Shown: positions 10,491-21,820, counted from the stretch's first letter. The stretch is DNA of 64,000 nucleotides from an uncultured Verrucomicrobiae bacterium (GCA_963837955.1 CAWIPH010000002.1:4288001-4352000); one strand, 5' to 3'. Numbers and translations: made by a program. The notes: generated by a model from the sequence alone, not told the origin.

Positions 10491-11831
10491 ATGACCTCGG
10501 TTGGCGCCCTCGATGACCTTTTTGAATTTCTTCGGTTTCCATCTGTATCGGCTGATACCCAGTTCAAGCCCCACGTAGAAGCGTGCGCAGATTGGCTTCT
10601 CCAGCGATTCAAAAAAGCCGGACTCACTTCAGAGAAACTCCCAACCGGCGGCAATCCGGTCATTTTGGCTAGAAATGATCACAAGCCGGGCAGAAAAACT
10701 GTTCTCATCTACGGGCATTACGATGTTCAGCCACCGGATCCTTTAGATCTCTGGGAAACTCCTCCATTTGAGCCGGTGATCCGGAACGGGCGAATTCTTG
10801 CCCGGGGCTCTACCGACAATAAGGGCCAGATCTTCGCCCACCTCATTGGCGTGGAGAGAAGTTTGCAAGCCAATCGCGATCTTCCGGTAAATGTCATCTT
10901 CTTAGTCGAAGGAGAGGAAGAAATAGGAAGTCCGCATCTTGAAGATTTCCTGCGAAAGCATGCGACAGCGCTATCGGCCGACGTAGTTGTGATCTCTGAT
11001 ACGGGAATGGTTGCCCCAGGTATCCCAACGTTCACCTATGGACTTCGGGGCATTCTTTGCCTTGAGGTCCGGCTCAGAGGGCCTTCGGCTGACCTTCATT
11101 CTGGGATCTTCGGCGGCTCCGTCGCAAATCCAGCGACTGTTCTCACGCAACTCCTCGCGAAACTCCACGACCGGCACGGGAGAGTGGCGGTGCCGGGGTT
11201 CTATGATCGGGTCAAACCACTGCAGCCGTGGGAAAGAGAACGCTGGGCGACGCTTCCATACACAGATCAAGAATGGCTGAAGATGACCGGAGCGCCCGCG
11301 CTATACGGCGAAGAGGGCTTCAGCAATTTGGAACGGGTTTGGGCTAGACCGACGGCGGAGATAAACGGTTTGGGGAGCGGATATCAAGGAGAAGGCCCCA
11401 AGACGATTGTGCCGAGCCTAGCAAAGGCCAAGCTCTCATTTCGGTTAGTTCCCGATCAGGATCCAACCGAACTTTGGGAGACAATCACCAAGTTCCTCAA
11501 GGAGAATTGCCCGTCTACTGTATCTATGGAGGTCGTCTTCCAGCACCAAGGAAAACCGTATTTGGTAGATCCGGGATCATCGTTCGGACATGCTGCCCAG
11601 AGAGCTTTGGAAAAGACTTTTGATCGACCGGTCGCATTTATCCGCGAAGGAGGCAGCGTTCCGATAACTCAAAGCTTTAAAGACGTCCTGAACTTAGATA
11701 CGCTTTTGCTCGGTTTAGCCTTGCCGGATTCTAAGGTCCATTCACCTAACGAGAATTTTCCGGTAGAGAATTTTGAGGGGGGCATTCGCCTGAACCAGCG
11801 ATTGCTCCAGGAAATTGCAGAGTTGAAATGA
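10491..11831 (+). CDS. M20 family dipeptidase
   Basis: YGHYDVQP, RGSTDNKG, EGEEEIGS and HSPNE motifs; start at ATG 10491. Confidence 0.93.
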   Translation: MTSVGALDDLFEFLRFPSVSADTQFKPHVEACADWLLQRFKKAGLTSEKLPTGGNPVILARNDHKPGRKTVLIYGHYDVQPPDPLDLWETPPFEPVIRNGRILARGSTDNKGQIFAHLIGVERSLQANRDLPVNVIFLVEGEEEIGSPHLEDFLRKHATALSADVVVISDTGMVAPGIPTFTYGLRGILCLEVRLRGPSADLHSGIFGGSVANPATVLTQLLAKLHDRHGRVAVPGFYDRVKPLQPWERERWATLPYTDQEWLKMTGAPALYGEEGFSNLERVWARPTAEINGLGSGYQGEGPKTIVPSLAKAKLSFRLVPDQDPTELWETITKFLKENCPSTVSMEVVFQHQGKPYLVDPGSSFGHAAQRALEKTFDRPVAFIREGGSVPITQSFKDVLNLDTLLLGLALPDSKVHSPNENFPVENFEGGIRLNQRLLQEIAELK

Positions 11832-12023
11832 GAAGATACATCGCGCTGTTTGTCAGTTTACTGGTCGTCCTGTCGACGGGACTGTAGCGGCGGGCTATTA
11901 GCAATATCGCCGGGGCGGCGTGCGCAACATTCTCGCGTTTGTCAGTTCGCGTGACTAACTCATTGATTAGACGGGGACCTTTCTGCGTCTTAAATTTCGT
12001 CAAGCAGACAAAACTGAAATTCC

Positions 12024-13049
12024 ATGGGAAAAGCCTCCTCCGCTCTCATTCTCGCGGTCTCGGTCTTGTTGGCGTTGATTACGGTGCGCGCGGAGCAAGC
12101 TCCCTGGAATAGCCTTTATCATTCGATTCATCGGTTAGGTATCCAATTTCAAGGAAACTCATCTGCCCAAAGCGATTCAACTCCCGTACACCATAGTTCC
12201 AGGAAGAAGCATCGCTCGTCACCGTCTCCTAAGAAGTCGGGTGACGATTCCGGTTCGAAAGAATCCGCGACCCCTACTCCAAAGCCTTTCATTGAGGATG
12301 AAAGCAAAAAGAAGGCTTCGGACAACCAAGACAGCGGTCAGCCAAAGGAAAACGAAGGAGAGACAAAGCCGACGCCTCCTTCCGTGGCGACTCTGCGACC
12401 CAGCGATCTTCGAGAGTTCAATAACCAGCCTCCTGGCGTCCAGGAGTTCATTCGCTCTGCTCTGGCCCTGACCGAACGAAATCTAGCCTATACCTATGGT
12501 TCATCGGATCCGAATAGCGGCGGAATGGATTGTTCCGGGTTCATTTATTATGCGCTGACTAATGCCGGCTACAAAGATGTCCCTCGGCAGTCGAGCGACC
12601 AATATCTCTGGGTGCGGAAAAACAGTAACTTCCACGCGGTGCTGAGCCGTAACAGCGATACGTTCGAGTTAAAGCAACTTCGCCCTGGGGACTTGATGTT
12701 TTGGTCGGGCACCTATCAGGTAAATCGGGACGTACCGATTACTCACGTCATGATCTACCTCGGCACCGAGACAAGGACCAAGAAACCGGTGATGGTAGGT
12801 GCTAGTGACGGTCGGTCCTACGATGGGGTAAGGCGATTCGGCGTGAGTGTCTTCGATTTCAAACTACCAAATGGCACACCGAATAAGAGCGACCCAGATC
12901 TTATACCGCGCTTTGAAGGTTATGCCTCTGTCCCCGGACTAGGGGAAAGCCAGTCGGTGGCAGGTAACCAACCTTCTCCGCCGCGAACTCTTGCATCGCC
13001 TCGTCCGAAGCTCGTGGAAAAAACCAAACCGCTAAGCAACGGTGACTGA
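12024..13049 (+). CDS. secreted NlpC/P60 family peptidase
   Basis: Signal peptide, low-complexity S/K/P linker, YTYG...MDCSGF, PGDLMF and THVMIY motifs. Confidence 0.88.
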   Translation: MGKASSALILAVSVLLALITVRAEQAPWNSLYHSIHRLGIQFQGNSSAQSDSTPVHHSSRKKHRSSPSPKKSGDDSGSKESATPTPKPFIEDESKKKASDNQDSGQPKENEGETKPTPPSVATLRPSDLREFNNQPPGVQEFIRSALALTERNLAYTYGSSDPNSGGMDCSGFIYYALTNAGYKDVPRQSSDQYLWVRKNSNFHAVLSRNSDTFELKQLRPGDLMFWSGTYQVNRDVPITHVMIYLGTETRTKKPVMVGASDGRSYDGVRRFGVSVFDFKLPNGTPNKSDPDLIPRFEGYASVPGLGESQSVAGNQPSPPRTLASPRPKLVEKTKPLSNGD

Positions 13050-13275
13050 ATGAGATGATTGGTAAGTAGGCTGATCGTCCGCGCTCGCCACAGCGTCAGT
13101 TACTTTGGAGCATTGGAAAGTTCACCGGGCATTAACATGCCTCAGGAATCGGTAACTGAGGCTGGAGCATTAGTCTACTTTGCTTCTGGACAGTAGCGCG
13201 AGGAAGCTCCGGCCGCTCGCTGCGAAGGAATTTTCGGACTCGCGGGCACCCAAAGTTGGGTTATAGCGTCAAAGC

Positions 13276-14550
13276 ATGCTCGATATCCGTCTCTTCCGCG
13301 AAAAGCCTGACTTCGTTCGTGAACGCTTAGGCACACGCAGCAGAGATTTGGCTGCTCAGGTCGACGAAGTGCTGGCTATCGATGCTGAGCGCCGGCACGC
13401 CGAGACCGAGTTACAGAAACTCAACGCAGAACGAAATCGCTTGAGCAAAGAGATCGGGCTACTGCGCTCACGCAAGGAACCAAGCGCTGATTTGGAAGCG
13501 CGTGTTCGGGCCATTGCTGAGGAGATCACGGAACAGAACACGAAGGCCGCTGCAGCCGACGAAAAACAGCGCGATCTGCTCCTGAATTTACCGAACCTGC
13601 CGCACCCTGGGGCGCCGATCGGCAAGAGCGCCGATGACAATCCGATTGTCCGCCAATGGGGCGAGAAACCGACTTTCGCTTTCACCCCACAGGATCATGT
13701 CGAGCTCTCAACTGCGCTCAAACTGATTGATTTCGAACGGGCCGCGAAGATTAGCGGGAGCGGCTTTGTCTGTTTTACCAATCTAGGTGCACGACTACAG
13801 CGTGGTTTGCTGCAGTTTCTTCTCGACTTGCATACGACCGAGCACGGCTACATCGAAGTAAGCCCTCCGTTCCTGGTTCGACGCGAGGCGATGGTTGGCA
13901 CCACCCAGCTTCCTAAATTCGAACATGAGATGTGCTACGGGCTGGAAGAAGGCCAACTTTTTCTTATTCCAACGGCCGAGGTACCAGTCACGAACTTGCA
14001 CCGAGAGGAAACCCTCGCCTTGGCCGACCTGCCGAAAAGATATGTCGCCTATACCCCCTGTTTTCGACGAGAGGCTGGAGCCGCTGGAAAGGACACCCGC
14101 GGTCTCATTCGCATACACCAATTTGATAAGGTGGAGCTGGTTAAGATTACAACGCAGGAAACATCCTACGCCGAATTGGAAACATTGACCGCGAATGCCG
14201 AGAGAGTGCTGCAGCTCCTGGGGCTTCACTATCGAATTATCGAACTCTGCACTGGCGACCTCGGTTTCGGAGCCGCCAAGACCTACGACATCGAGGTTTG
14301 GGCACCTGGACAAGGACGCTATCTGGAAGTATCCAGCTGTTCCAACTTCGAGGATTTTCAGGCGCGCCGGATGAGCCTTAAATACAAAGATGCCGGCGGA
14401 AAGAACCGACTTGGCCACACGCTCAACGGTTCCGGCACCGCCTTACCCCGGTTGTTTGTCGCCTTGATCGAGACCTACCAGCAAGCGGACGGATCAATCC
14501 GATTGCCGGAACCGTTGCACGATTATGTACGGCTGAAAGAGATCCGCTGA
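13276..14550 (+). CDS. serS: serine--tRNA ligase
   Basis: MLDI start, LIPTAEVP, FRREAG, RIHQFDKVE, EVSSCSN and HTLNGSG motifs. Confidence 0.98.
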   Translation: MLDIRLFREKPDFVRERLGTRSRDLAAQVDEVLAIDAERRHAETELQKLNAERNRLSKEIGLLRSRKEPSADLEARVRAIAEEITEQNTKAAAADEKQRDLLLNLPNLPHPGAPIGKSADDNPIVRQWGEKPTFAFTPQDHVELSTALKLIDFERAAKISGSGFVCFTNLGARLQRGLLQFLLDLHTTEHGYIEVSPPFLVRREAMVGTTQLPKFEHEMCYGLEEGQLFLIPTAEVPVTNLHREETLALADLPKRYVAYTPCFRREAGAAGKDTRGLIRIHQFDKVELVKITTQETSYAELETLTANAERVLQLLGLHYRIIELCTGDLGFGAAKTYDIEVWAPGQGRYLEVSSCSNFEDFQARRMSLKYKDAGGKNRLGHTLNGSGTALPRLFVALIETYQQADGSIRLPEPLHDYVRLKEIR

Positions 14551-14601
14551 GGTGTCGTTGCCGCCATCCATCGTGGGAGGAACAGCGTCTCGCGATTTCC
14601 G

Positions 14602-15231
14602 CTACGACAGAATGTTTGGTTTCGACCACGGCACGGCGCACGCGGCCGTCACCAGGGGACCGTTCCAGGTTTGGACTGCGTGAACCTCCCGCTCATACCC
14701 GAGGATGGATAGCGTGCTGGTGTGCAGCAGAAAATGGCGACCATTCTGTGGCGCCAAACCTATCCAGCGTGTCACCAAGACCCGAAGAAAATGACCGTGG
14801 GAAAACAACGCCACATTCCCTTTAATCTGTTCGCAACGCGCGATCACTCGATCGGCTCTGGCGGCTACCTGTTCGATGGTTTCCCCGTTCGGGCAAGGAT
14901 GCGTCCAAACTGTCCAGCCGGGCACCTTCTCGCGAATCTGCTTTGTTGTGATCCCTTCGTAGTCGCCGTAATCCCATTCACGTAGATCATCGCTCACCTC
15001 GACCTTGTTTTTGAGACCGGCCAAGTAAGCAGTCTCCAGAGATCGCCGCAAAGGACTGCTCAAAATCGTTTCGAACTCAATGCCCTCGAAAATCGGTCGA
15101 AGAAATTCGGCTTGCGCCCGCCCCGTCTCGGTCAGTGGTATATCGGTGCGCCCGGTGTGTCGGCCATCGCGTGCCCATTCTGTTTCACCGTGTCGAATCA
15201 GGTAAATCTCATGTGCCGGATGATTTGCCAT
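14602..15231 (-). CDS. histidine phosphatase family protein
   Basis: LIRHGETEW, SSPLRR, EWDYGDYEG and FSHGH motifs. Confidence 0.92.
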   Translation of the reverse strand: MANHPAHEIYLIRHGETEWARDGRHTGRTDIPLTETGRAQAEFLRPIFEGIEFETILSSPLRRSLETAYLAGLKNKVEVSDDLREWDYGDYEGITTKQIREKVPGWTVWTHPCPNGETIEQVAARADRVIARCEQIKGNVALFSHGHFLRVLVTRWIGLAPQNGRHFLLHTSTLSILGYEREVHAVQTWNGPLVTAACAVPWSKPNILS

Positions 15232-15359
15232 ACGGGTCTTTAAAGATAAGCGCTAGGGTGGGCTGCTGCCAAGCGCTTAAGACACCTTATTACAGCACTC
15301 TCGCTGCTGAGCAGTCATTAGTCTCGACCGGCAGGGCGAAAACCCGACTCCGCGCAACC

Positions 15360-18300
15360 TCAATGCGCCTCAATTAGCTGAGGCTTCCTTTTCTGCCGGT
15401 TCTTGATTCGGGCGTATTGACGATCCATCCACTCTTGGAGGTCCTCGAAGTAAAGATAAATGGCCGGGGTGACATACAGCGTAATCAACTGAGAAACGAT
15501 CAGTCCGCCGACCAGAATCAATCCGAGAGGCCGTCGAGACGCCCCGTCCGCTCCGAAGCCTAAAGCGATCGGTAGCGCGCCCATGAGGGCCGCCAGCGTG
15601 GTCATTATGATCGGCCGAAACCGTTCCACGCTCGCTTCGTGCACCGCCTCCACCGAATTCTTGCCGGTCCGCTGTTGTTCGACCGCAAAGTCGACCATCA
15701 TGATCCCGTTCTTCTTAACAATGCCGATGAGCATGAACATCCCGATGTAAGAATAGAGGGATAGCTCTGAGCGAAAGAGCACCAGAGTCAGGAGTCCCCC
15801 GACTGCGGCGACCGGAAGGGAAGAAAGCACTGTGATCGGATGGAACCAGCTCTCATAAAGAATCCCGAGAATGACGTACATTATGAAGACCGCCACCAGC
15901 AAAAGCACCCCGAGCTGCGCGAAGGTGTCATTAAACGTCTTGGCCTCCCCTTGGAGCGCTCCGCGTATGGTAGGCGGCAGAATCTCGGCAGCCGTCTGAG
16001 TGATAAATTTGGTCGCCTCGCCCGCCGAAACCCCTGGCTTTAGATTGAAGTAAAGCGTTACCGCAGGGAACTGGTTGAGATGATTCACGGAAAGCATGCC
16101 GATGGATGCTTGAGGATCCGTCACCGTCTCGTTCGGGATAATCTGCCCAGCCCCGCCGGAAGGTTTGTAATAGAGCTCGTTGAGATCAGTAGGATCGCTG
16201 CGCTGTTTGTCATCCGTTTCTACAATGACCTGATATTGGTCGATCGGAGTCTTGATCAGGTAGGTGTAGTTTTGGGAATAAGCATTTTTCAGCAGCCTCT
16301 CGACGTCGACATTGTTTAAACCGTACGACTGCAGCTGCAAGTCGTTCAGGTTAATCCCGATCAGGGGTGTGCTGGCGAAGAGATCGGAAGAAACGCTTTG
16401 AAAACCGGCAAACTGGCGGCACTTCGCGATCATTTGAGTCGCCGCAGCGTAAACTTGTTTGCCATCGACTCCTGAGATCGCAAACGCGTATTGGCCTTGG
16501 TTGTTTCTGGTGGCACCCGTACTAATCTGCAGGACAGGATCCGGGCGGAGCAACGGAATGATGCCCGGTATTTGACCAAGCTGCTGAATGAGCTGGCCGA
16601 CCACAGTGCTAATGGGCGCGCGCTGGCTGCTGTCCTTCAGAAAAGCCAGAGCCAACATTTGGTTTGAGGAAAAGCCTCTGGAAAAACCAGATAAAGTGAA
16701 TGTCTCGTCGACCGCTGAGTTTCGGCGAAGCACCTGGTCAACCTGAGCTTGGATTTCACGAAAGCGGGCGGGTGAGATCCCCTCGGGGCCGAGAATCACG
16801 CCACGGATGAACGAGCTATCTCCCGCAGGAATGAATGTCTTGGGCAACAGATCAAATACCCAAACGGTCAGCAACAAACAGCCAACCCAGGTCAGCGCTG
16901 AAATCCACCGGTGATGCAGGAAAAAGTAGAGGCTCCGCCCATAAGCGGCGCTGATCCGTTTAATAAAGCGGCTGACGTTGCGCTCCATCCAGGTCTGGTC
17001 GTGTTCACCTCTATCTCCCAGGATACGAGAACACATCATCGGCGTGAGCGTGATCGACACAATACCTGAGGCAAAAATTGAGACAATAATTGTGACCGAG
17101 AATTCCCGGAATATCCGACCGATTATCCCGGTGACCATCACGAGCGGCAAAAAGACTACCGCCAGCGAAACAGTCATCGCTATGATGGTGAAGGTGATTT
17201 GTTTTGCACTATTAATGGCTGCCTCCAGCGGCCTCTGACCTGACTCCATCAAGCGAACCGTGTTCTCCAAAAACACTATCGCGTCATCAACGAGAAACCC
17301 GATGGCCAAGGTTAGCGCCATCAGAGTGAGATTGTTCAAACTGAAATTCAGCGCGCCCATCACCAGGAACGTGATCAGCATCGACAATGGCAGGGCCACT
17401 ACCGGAATTAACGTGTCAGCCGCCCGTCCCAGAAAAACGAAGATCACGATGACAACGAGCGCGAATGCTATCAGGAGAGTGTGCTCGACATCTTCCGCGT
17501 TGGCCAAAATGGTCTTGGAACGATCGTAGAGCGGGATCATCTTGACCGATCCGGGAAGCTGGCTCTGAAATTGCGGCATTAGGTCCTTGATCCTTTGTGC
17601 CACCTCGACCGCGTTAGCTCCGGCCTGACGACTTACCGCTAGCACCACTTCAGCCCCCGCTTCGCCATATTGTCGTGACCAGAAATTGCGGTTGATCCGT
17701 TCATCTTCCACCGACTGCACAACGGTTGCGACATCCTTTAAATAGACCGGGCGCCCATTCGGGCGAGCGATGATCACGTTCTGGTACTCCGCGGGAGTCG
17801 TGCGTTGGCCGTTCGGACGAAGCAAATAGGTGCGATATTTCCCGTCTAGCTGACCCGCTCCTTGATAGGCTGTGCTCTGCCCGACCGAGTTCGTGACATC
17901 GGTCATGGTCAATCCGAGCGACGAAAGCTTGTTTACATCGACCTTGATCCGAATCGCACTCCGGGCCCCATAAACATTGACCTGGCTGACACCGTTGACG
18001 ATCGCAATCTGCTGACCAAGCTGAGTATTGCCGTAATCGAAAAGAGTTCCCTCGGTCAGCGTATCACTGACTAACGCAATGTAGAAGATCGGTTGATCGT
18101 TCGGGTTCGTCTTGGTAAACGAGGGTGGTTGCGGCAGATCCGTGGGAAGAAATCCTTGAGCTCGCGAGATGGCAGCTTGTACGTCTGTAGCAGCGTCGCC
18201 CAGGCTCTTATCGAGCGAAAACTGCAACACCAAAGTAGATTGACTCGTTTGGCTGGTCGAAGTCACTAAATCGAGTCCCGGAATCTGGAGGAACTGTTTC

Positions 18301-18503
18301 TCCAGAGGCGTGGCAACTGTGTTTGCCATCGTCTCCGGACTAGCGCCAGGGTAGCTTACGCTGACCTGAATGACCGGGTAATCCACCGCCGGTAAGTCGT
18401 TCACCGCGAGTTGTCGGAATACCTGTATGCCGAAAAGCGTGATACTTATCGTCAGAAGCAGCGTCATGATCGGACGCCGGATGCAAAGCTCGGAAACGTT
18501 CAT
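15360..18503 (-). CDS. RND efflux permease (MdtB/MdtC-like)
   Basis: 1047 aa; GFLVDDAIV, GIVKKNGI and RFRPIIMTT motifs. Confidence 0.95.
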   Translation of the reverse strand: MNVSELCIRRPIMTLLLTISITLFGIQVFRQLAVNDLPAVDYPVIQVSVSYPGASPETMANTVATPLEKQFLQIPGLDLVTSTSQTSQSTLVLQFSLDKSLGDAATDVQAAISRAQGFLPTDLPQPPSFTKTNPNDQPIFYIALVSDTLTEGTLFDYGNTQLGQQIAIVNGVSQVNVYGARSAIRIKVDVNKLSSLGLTMTDVTNSVGQSTAYQGAGQLDGKYRTYLLRPNGQRTTPAEYQNVIIARPNGRPVYLKDVATVVQSVEDERINRNFWSRQYGEAGAEVVLAVSRQAGANAVEVAQRIKDLMPQFQSQLPGSVKMIPLYDRSKTILANAEDVEHTLLIAFALVVIVIFVFLGRAADTLIPVVALPLSMLITFLVMGALNFSLNNLTLMALTLAIGFLVDDAIVFLENTVRLMESGQRPLEAAINSAKQITFTIIAMTVSLAVVFLPLVMVTGIIGRIFREFSVTIIVSIFASGIVSITLTPMMCSRILGDRGEHDQTWMERNVSRFIKRISAAYGRSLYFFLHHRWISALTWVGCLLLTVWVFDLLPKTFIPAGDSSFIRGVILGPEGISPARFREIQAQVDQVLRRNSAVDETFTLSGFSRGFSSNQMLALAFLKDSSQRAPISTVVGQLIQQLGQIPGIIPLLRPDPVLQISTGATRNNQGQYAFAISGVDGKQVYAAATQMIAKCRQFAGFQSVSSDLFASTPLIGINLNDLQLQSYGLNNVDVERLLKNAYSQNYTYLIKTPIDQYQVIVETDDKQRSDPTDLNELYYKPSGGAGQIIPNETVTDPQASIGMLSVNHLNQFPAVTLYFNLKPGVSAGEATKFITQTAAEILPPTIRGALQGEAKTFNDTFAQLGVLLLVAVFIMYVILGILYESWFHPITVLSSLPVAAVGGLLTLVLFRSELSLYSYIGMFMLIGIVKKNGIMMVDFAVEQQRTGKNSVEAVHEASVERFRPIIMTTLAALMGALPIALGFGADGASRRPLGLILVGGLIVSQLITLYVTPAIYLYFEDLQEWMDRQYARIKNRQKRKPQLIEAH

Positions 18504-19693
18504 AGAGCGGGCGTAGCAGACGCATCCGCCTTGCTATCCGAATCTCCGGAATTTTTGCTCTGTGTCAGACCGCCGGCAGAAGGGGTCGCGCCTGGAGCAT
18601 TAGATTGATAGGGAGAAGGGTTAACTTTTGCCCCGTTTCCGATGGTCAGCTGTCCTTCCACGACGACTGTTTCGTCGGCCTTCAAACCGTCGGCTACGAC
18701 CACTAAGTCCCGGGAGCGGACCCCTTGAGTTACGAGCCTCTGTTCCACCGTGTTGTCTGGTTTAACGACAAACAAATAGGCTCCTTTGCCGCCCAACTGG
18801 ACCGTCTGGCTAGGTACTACGGTAGCTCCTTTCAGAATTTGTAGCGTTAAAGCGACCTTCACATATTGTCCCGGCCATAAGTAGTGATCGCTGTTCGGGA
18901 TCGTCGCTCGCAACAAGACGGTCCCTGCCTGCGTTGAAACAGCGTTATCAAGGAAAGTCAGTGTCCCCGATTTTGTGATATCCGGCTGGGTAGGAGATAC
19001 CACGTCGACGTTGAGCTGGTTGCCAGGCATGTTTTCCCGTAACCGAGCCAACTCGTTTTCTGAAATGTTGAAATCGACGTAAATCGGATCCTGGCGCTGA
19101 ATATTGACTAAGCTGACCCCTCCGGTGCTCACGTAATTTCCAGGATCCACGAGTCTGCGACCAGTCCGTCCGTCAACCGGAGAACTCACGTAGCAGTATT
19201 CCAAGTTTAGTTTCGCTCGGTCAATCGATGCCTGGTCTCTGCCAACCGCTCCTTGATAGTTTTTTACATTCGCATTGTCGGTATCAATTTGTTGCTCGGA
19301 AACGAAATGCTGCGTACCGATCTTTTCGTCACGCCGCAGATTATTCTGATTGAGGTCCAGTTGGGCGGAATCGGATTGCAGTTGCGCCTGCGCCTGCTCC
19401 AAATCCGCTTGAAACGGCCGAGGATCGATCACAAAAAGCAAATCCCCCTTTTTCACATCCTGCCCTTCGGAAAAGTGGGCTTCGGTTATTCTTCCGCTCA
19501 CTTGCGGTTTCACGTCCACCGATTCTGGAGAAGTAATCCGCCCAAATTCGTAAAGCTGCACGGGAACGTCTTTACTGAACGCCTTCGTGACTAAAACATT
19601 TTTTGCGTCCGGCTGAGTGGAGTTTTGAGAACCGGACGGGCCACAGGAAGAGAGGACGAACAAAATCGGAAGGACAATCCAAGTTCGGCACAT
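18500..19693 (-). CDS. RND efflux periplasmic adaptor (MFP), probable lipoprotein
   Basis: Lipobox-like LSSC; VKPQVSG..GQDVKKGD.LFVIDP, SPVDG and LWPGQYV motifs; overlaps the permease start. Confidence 0.93.
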   Translation of the reverse strand: MCRTWIVLPILFVLSSCGPSGSQNSTQPDAKNVLVTKAFSKDVPVQLYEFGRITSPESVDVKPQVSGRITEAHFSEGQDVKKGDLLFVIDPRPFQADLEQAQAQLQSDSAQLDLNQNNLRRDEKIGTQHFVSEQQIDTDNANVKNYQGAVGRDQASIDRAKLNLEYCYVSSPVDGRTGRRLVDPGNYVSTGGVSLVNIQRQDPIYVDFNISENELARLRENMPGNQLNVDVVSPTQPDITKSGTLTFLDNAVSTQAGTVLLRATIPNSDHYLWPGQYVKVALTLQILKGATVVPSQTVQLGGKGAYLFVVKPDNTVEQRLVTQGVRSRDLVVVADGLKADETVVVEGQLTIGNGAKVNPSPYQSNAPGATPSAGGLTQSKNSGDSDSKADASATPAL

Positions 19694-20025
19694 AAAGGGA
19701 GGGGTTCTAGTGCACTAAATGCTACGGCTAATCGTGCGGTTTACCTACTCGTTCATGCGTTTCTCCGCCTGAGCCGCCCAACGGCCGCGCCACCAGAGTT
19801 TAATCAGAGCGCGCCTTCAGCGCAAAAACAGAGTTATCACCCCCGGAAAACGCGTCCGCCAACCAACACATGCTCGAGTCGAAGACCTGCGTCATCGCAT
19901 CGTGAGCCCCGCCATAAGCCGTTTCCATGCCAGGGGCAACGAGGCGCGGCTCGCAAACTTTACAGAAACCCAGCGTCGTTGCTTGAACGGCTTCCCTCCG
20001 ATCGCCGGGTTTTACCCGATTAATA

Positions 20026-20829
20026 TCACTTCCCAACGCTCGGTCCCGAGGAATTCGTAAGAGCCATGGCCAGACGCCCAGCCCGTCTACGAACCGCGAG
20101 CGACGCGCCGAATGCTTCGGTCATGAATTTGGTGACCACCACCTGTTTCACGGGACCTTCCACCAAGACGCGCCCTTCTCGCAGCAAGAGCGCACTCGAG
20201 AAACAAGGTAGAATTTCTTCCACATGATGGGTTACAAGGACCAAGTTTGGCGTCGTTTCCGAGGCTGCTAGACGAGATAGGAATTCCAGAAAACGCTCTC
20301 GGGCCACCGGATCGAGACCGGCGCACGGCTCATCCAGAATTAGGATCTTGCATTTGGCCATGAGTGCTCGGCCGATCAATGTTCGCTGCCGCTCTCCTTG
20401 AGAAAGAAATCCCCACGGTCGGTCAGCCAACCTCCCACATTCGACTTGCTCCAACAGTTGCCAAGCTTCCTCTCGTTCCGCGCCTTTGGCCGGGTGCCAG
20501 GAATTGATTTCGGCTTGGCGTCCGCTGGCGACGATCTCGATAGCGACCTGGTCGTCTTCAATCATCTGGCGCACGCTAGAGCTGACCAGTCCAACTTCCT
20601 TGCGCAGCTCTCGCCAGTCGGTTTTGCCGTATTGTTTTCCCAGGACCTGAATTGTGCCGGCCGACGGCGTGACGTACCCGGTAATACAGCTCAACAACGT
20701 GGTTTTGCCAGAACCATTCGCGCCCAGAATTACCCAGTTTTCCCCAGTTTGAACCTGCCAGTCTATATCTTGAAGAATTCGGGTTTTGCCGCGGCGCACC
20801 TCAAGATGTTCAATAGAGACGATCGACAT
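20026..20829 (-). CDS. ABC transporter ATP-binding protein (ModF/YlmA-like)
   Basis: GANGSGKTT, LSQGE, ILDEP and VTHH motifs; no permease gene adjacent. Confidence 0.9.
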   Translation of the reverse strand: MSIVSIEHLEVRRGKTRILQDIDWQVQTGENWVILGANGSGKTTLLSCITGYVTPSAGTIQVLGKQYGKTDWRELRKEVGLVSSSVRQMIEDDQVAIEIVASGRQAEINSWHPAKGAEREEAWQLLEQVECGRLADRPWGFLSQGERQRTLIGRALMAKCKILILDEPCAGLDPVARERFLEFLSRLAASETTPNLVLVTHHVEEILPCFSSALLLREGRVLVEGPVKQVVVTKFMTEAFGASLAVRRRAGRLAMALTNSSGPSVGK

Positions 20830-20872
20830 TCGATTGGCGGGACGGTGAGTTTCTGCCCTACGCCGCGGCTAC

Positions 20873-21466
20873 TCAACCAAACTGACAATCCAATGCAAGC
20901 GCTTGCTTCAAAAGCCCCAGATACTTCGCTCTGGAAATTTCTACGGCGCCGAATAACCGGAGATGCGGAGTGATATACTGCGTGTCTAGCAATCTAAACT
21001 CTCTCGCACGCAGCCGCTCGACTAAAGCAACCAAAGCGACCTTGGAAGCATCGGTTTCCCGATGAAACATCGATTCTCCGAAAAAGGCTCCGCAAACGCT
21101 GACGCCGTACAGTCCGCCAACCAACTGATCGTCCCGCCAAGTCTCCACCGAATGCGCAAACCCAAGCTCGTGAAGATTCAAATAACTTCGCACGATCTCC
21201 GGGCTGATCCAGGTTTCCCTTCGCTCGCCGCAAGCACGAATGACCGACTCAAATGCCGTATTAATTCGCACTTCAAACGTGTTTTTCCGGAGGCTCCGCT
21301 TCAGCCCATGCGGAACATGAAACGAATCGAGTGGTATGATTCCGCGTGGGTCCGGAGAAAACCAGGCAATCTCACCGTGTTCCACCGCCATCGGAAAGAT
21401 CCCGCGACAATAAGCCTCAAGCAGCAATGAAGCCGGAATAATCTGAGATCGCTTTCGCTGGCGCAC
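20873..21466 (-). CDS. aat: leucyl/phenylalanyl-tRNA--protein transferase
   Basis: AY..GIFPM, WFSPDPRG, AHSVETW, GGLYGV, FFGESMF and ASKVAL motifs; exact start uncertain. Confidence 0.95.
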   Translation of the reverse strand: MRQRKRSQIIPASLLLEAYCRGIFPMAVEHGEIAWFSPDPRGIIPLDSFHVPHGLKRSLRKNTFEVRINTAFESVIRACGERRETWISPEIVRSYLNLHELGFAHSVETWRDDQLVGGLYGVSVCGAFFGESMFHRETDASKVALVALVERLRAREFRLLDTQYITPHLRLFGAVEISRAKYLGLLKQALALDCQFG

Positions 21467-21650
21467 GACTTCCTAAAATACCGTCTAGAGGTGATTTTTT
21501 CCACGCAATCATAGGACGGAGAATCGTTCCGCTTAAGGATGCGATGACAGAAGCCCAGACTTCAGTGCCGGAGAGTAGAAGAAGGGACCCGGCCGGACAA
21601 TCGAACATTTCCTACCCTGATCGTACTGGAGAAAAATTGTTGCCAATTTC

Positions 21651-21740
21651 TATCGTCCCCTGGCAGGACGGGCTCTTCTGACTTACACCAAACCCAGCAA
21701 TAATTGCTGGGTTATTTTCACGGTTTCCGTAGCGGGACGG
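21651..21740. repeat. triple-hairpin REP-like unit (CGTCCC / CCCAGCAAT family)
   Basis: atcgtccc..aggacg, cccagcaat-a-attgctggg and ..gggacgg; same parts and order as the unit at 36407-36491. Confidence 0.75.
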
Positions 21741-21820
21741 CGCACCCAAATTCCTTTGCGATCTTTGCGTTCTTTTGCGGCCAATTTCCTAGTTTCGTGC
21801 CATACTGACCGCTTCTCGAT

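Noticed and set aside
19625..20036. ORFs or ncRNA in the MFP-ABC intergenic gap
   Set aside because: ORFs lack motifs; only one short REP-like hairpin; no recognisable RNA family.
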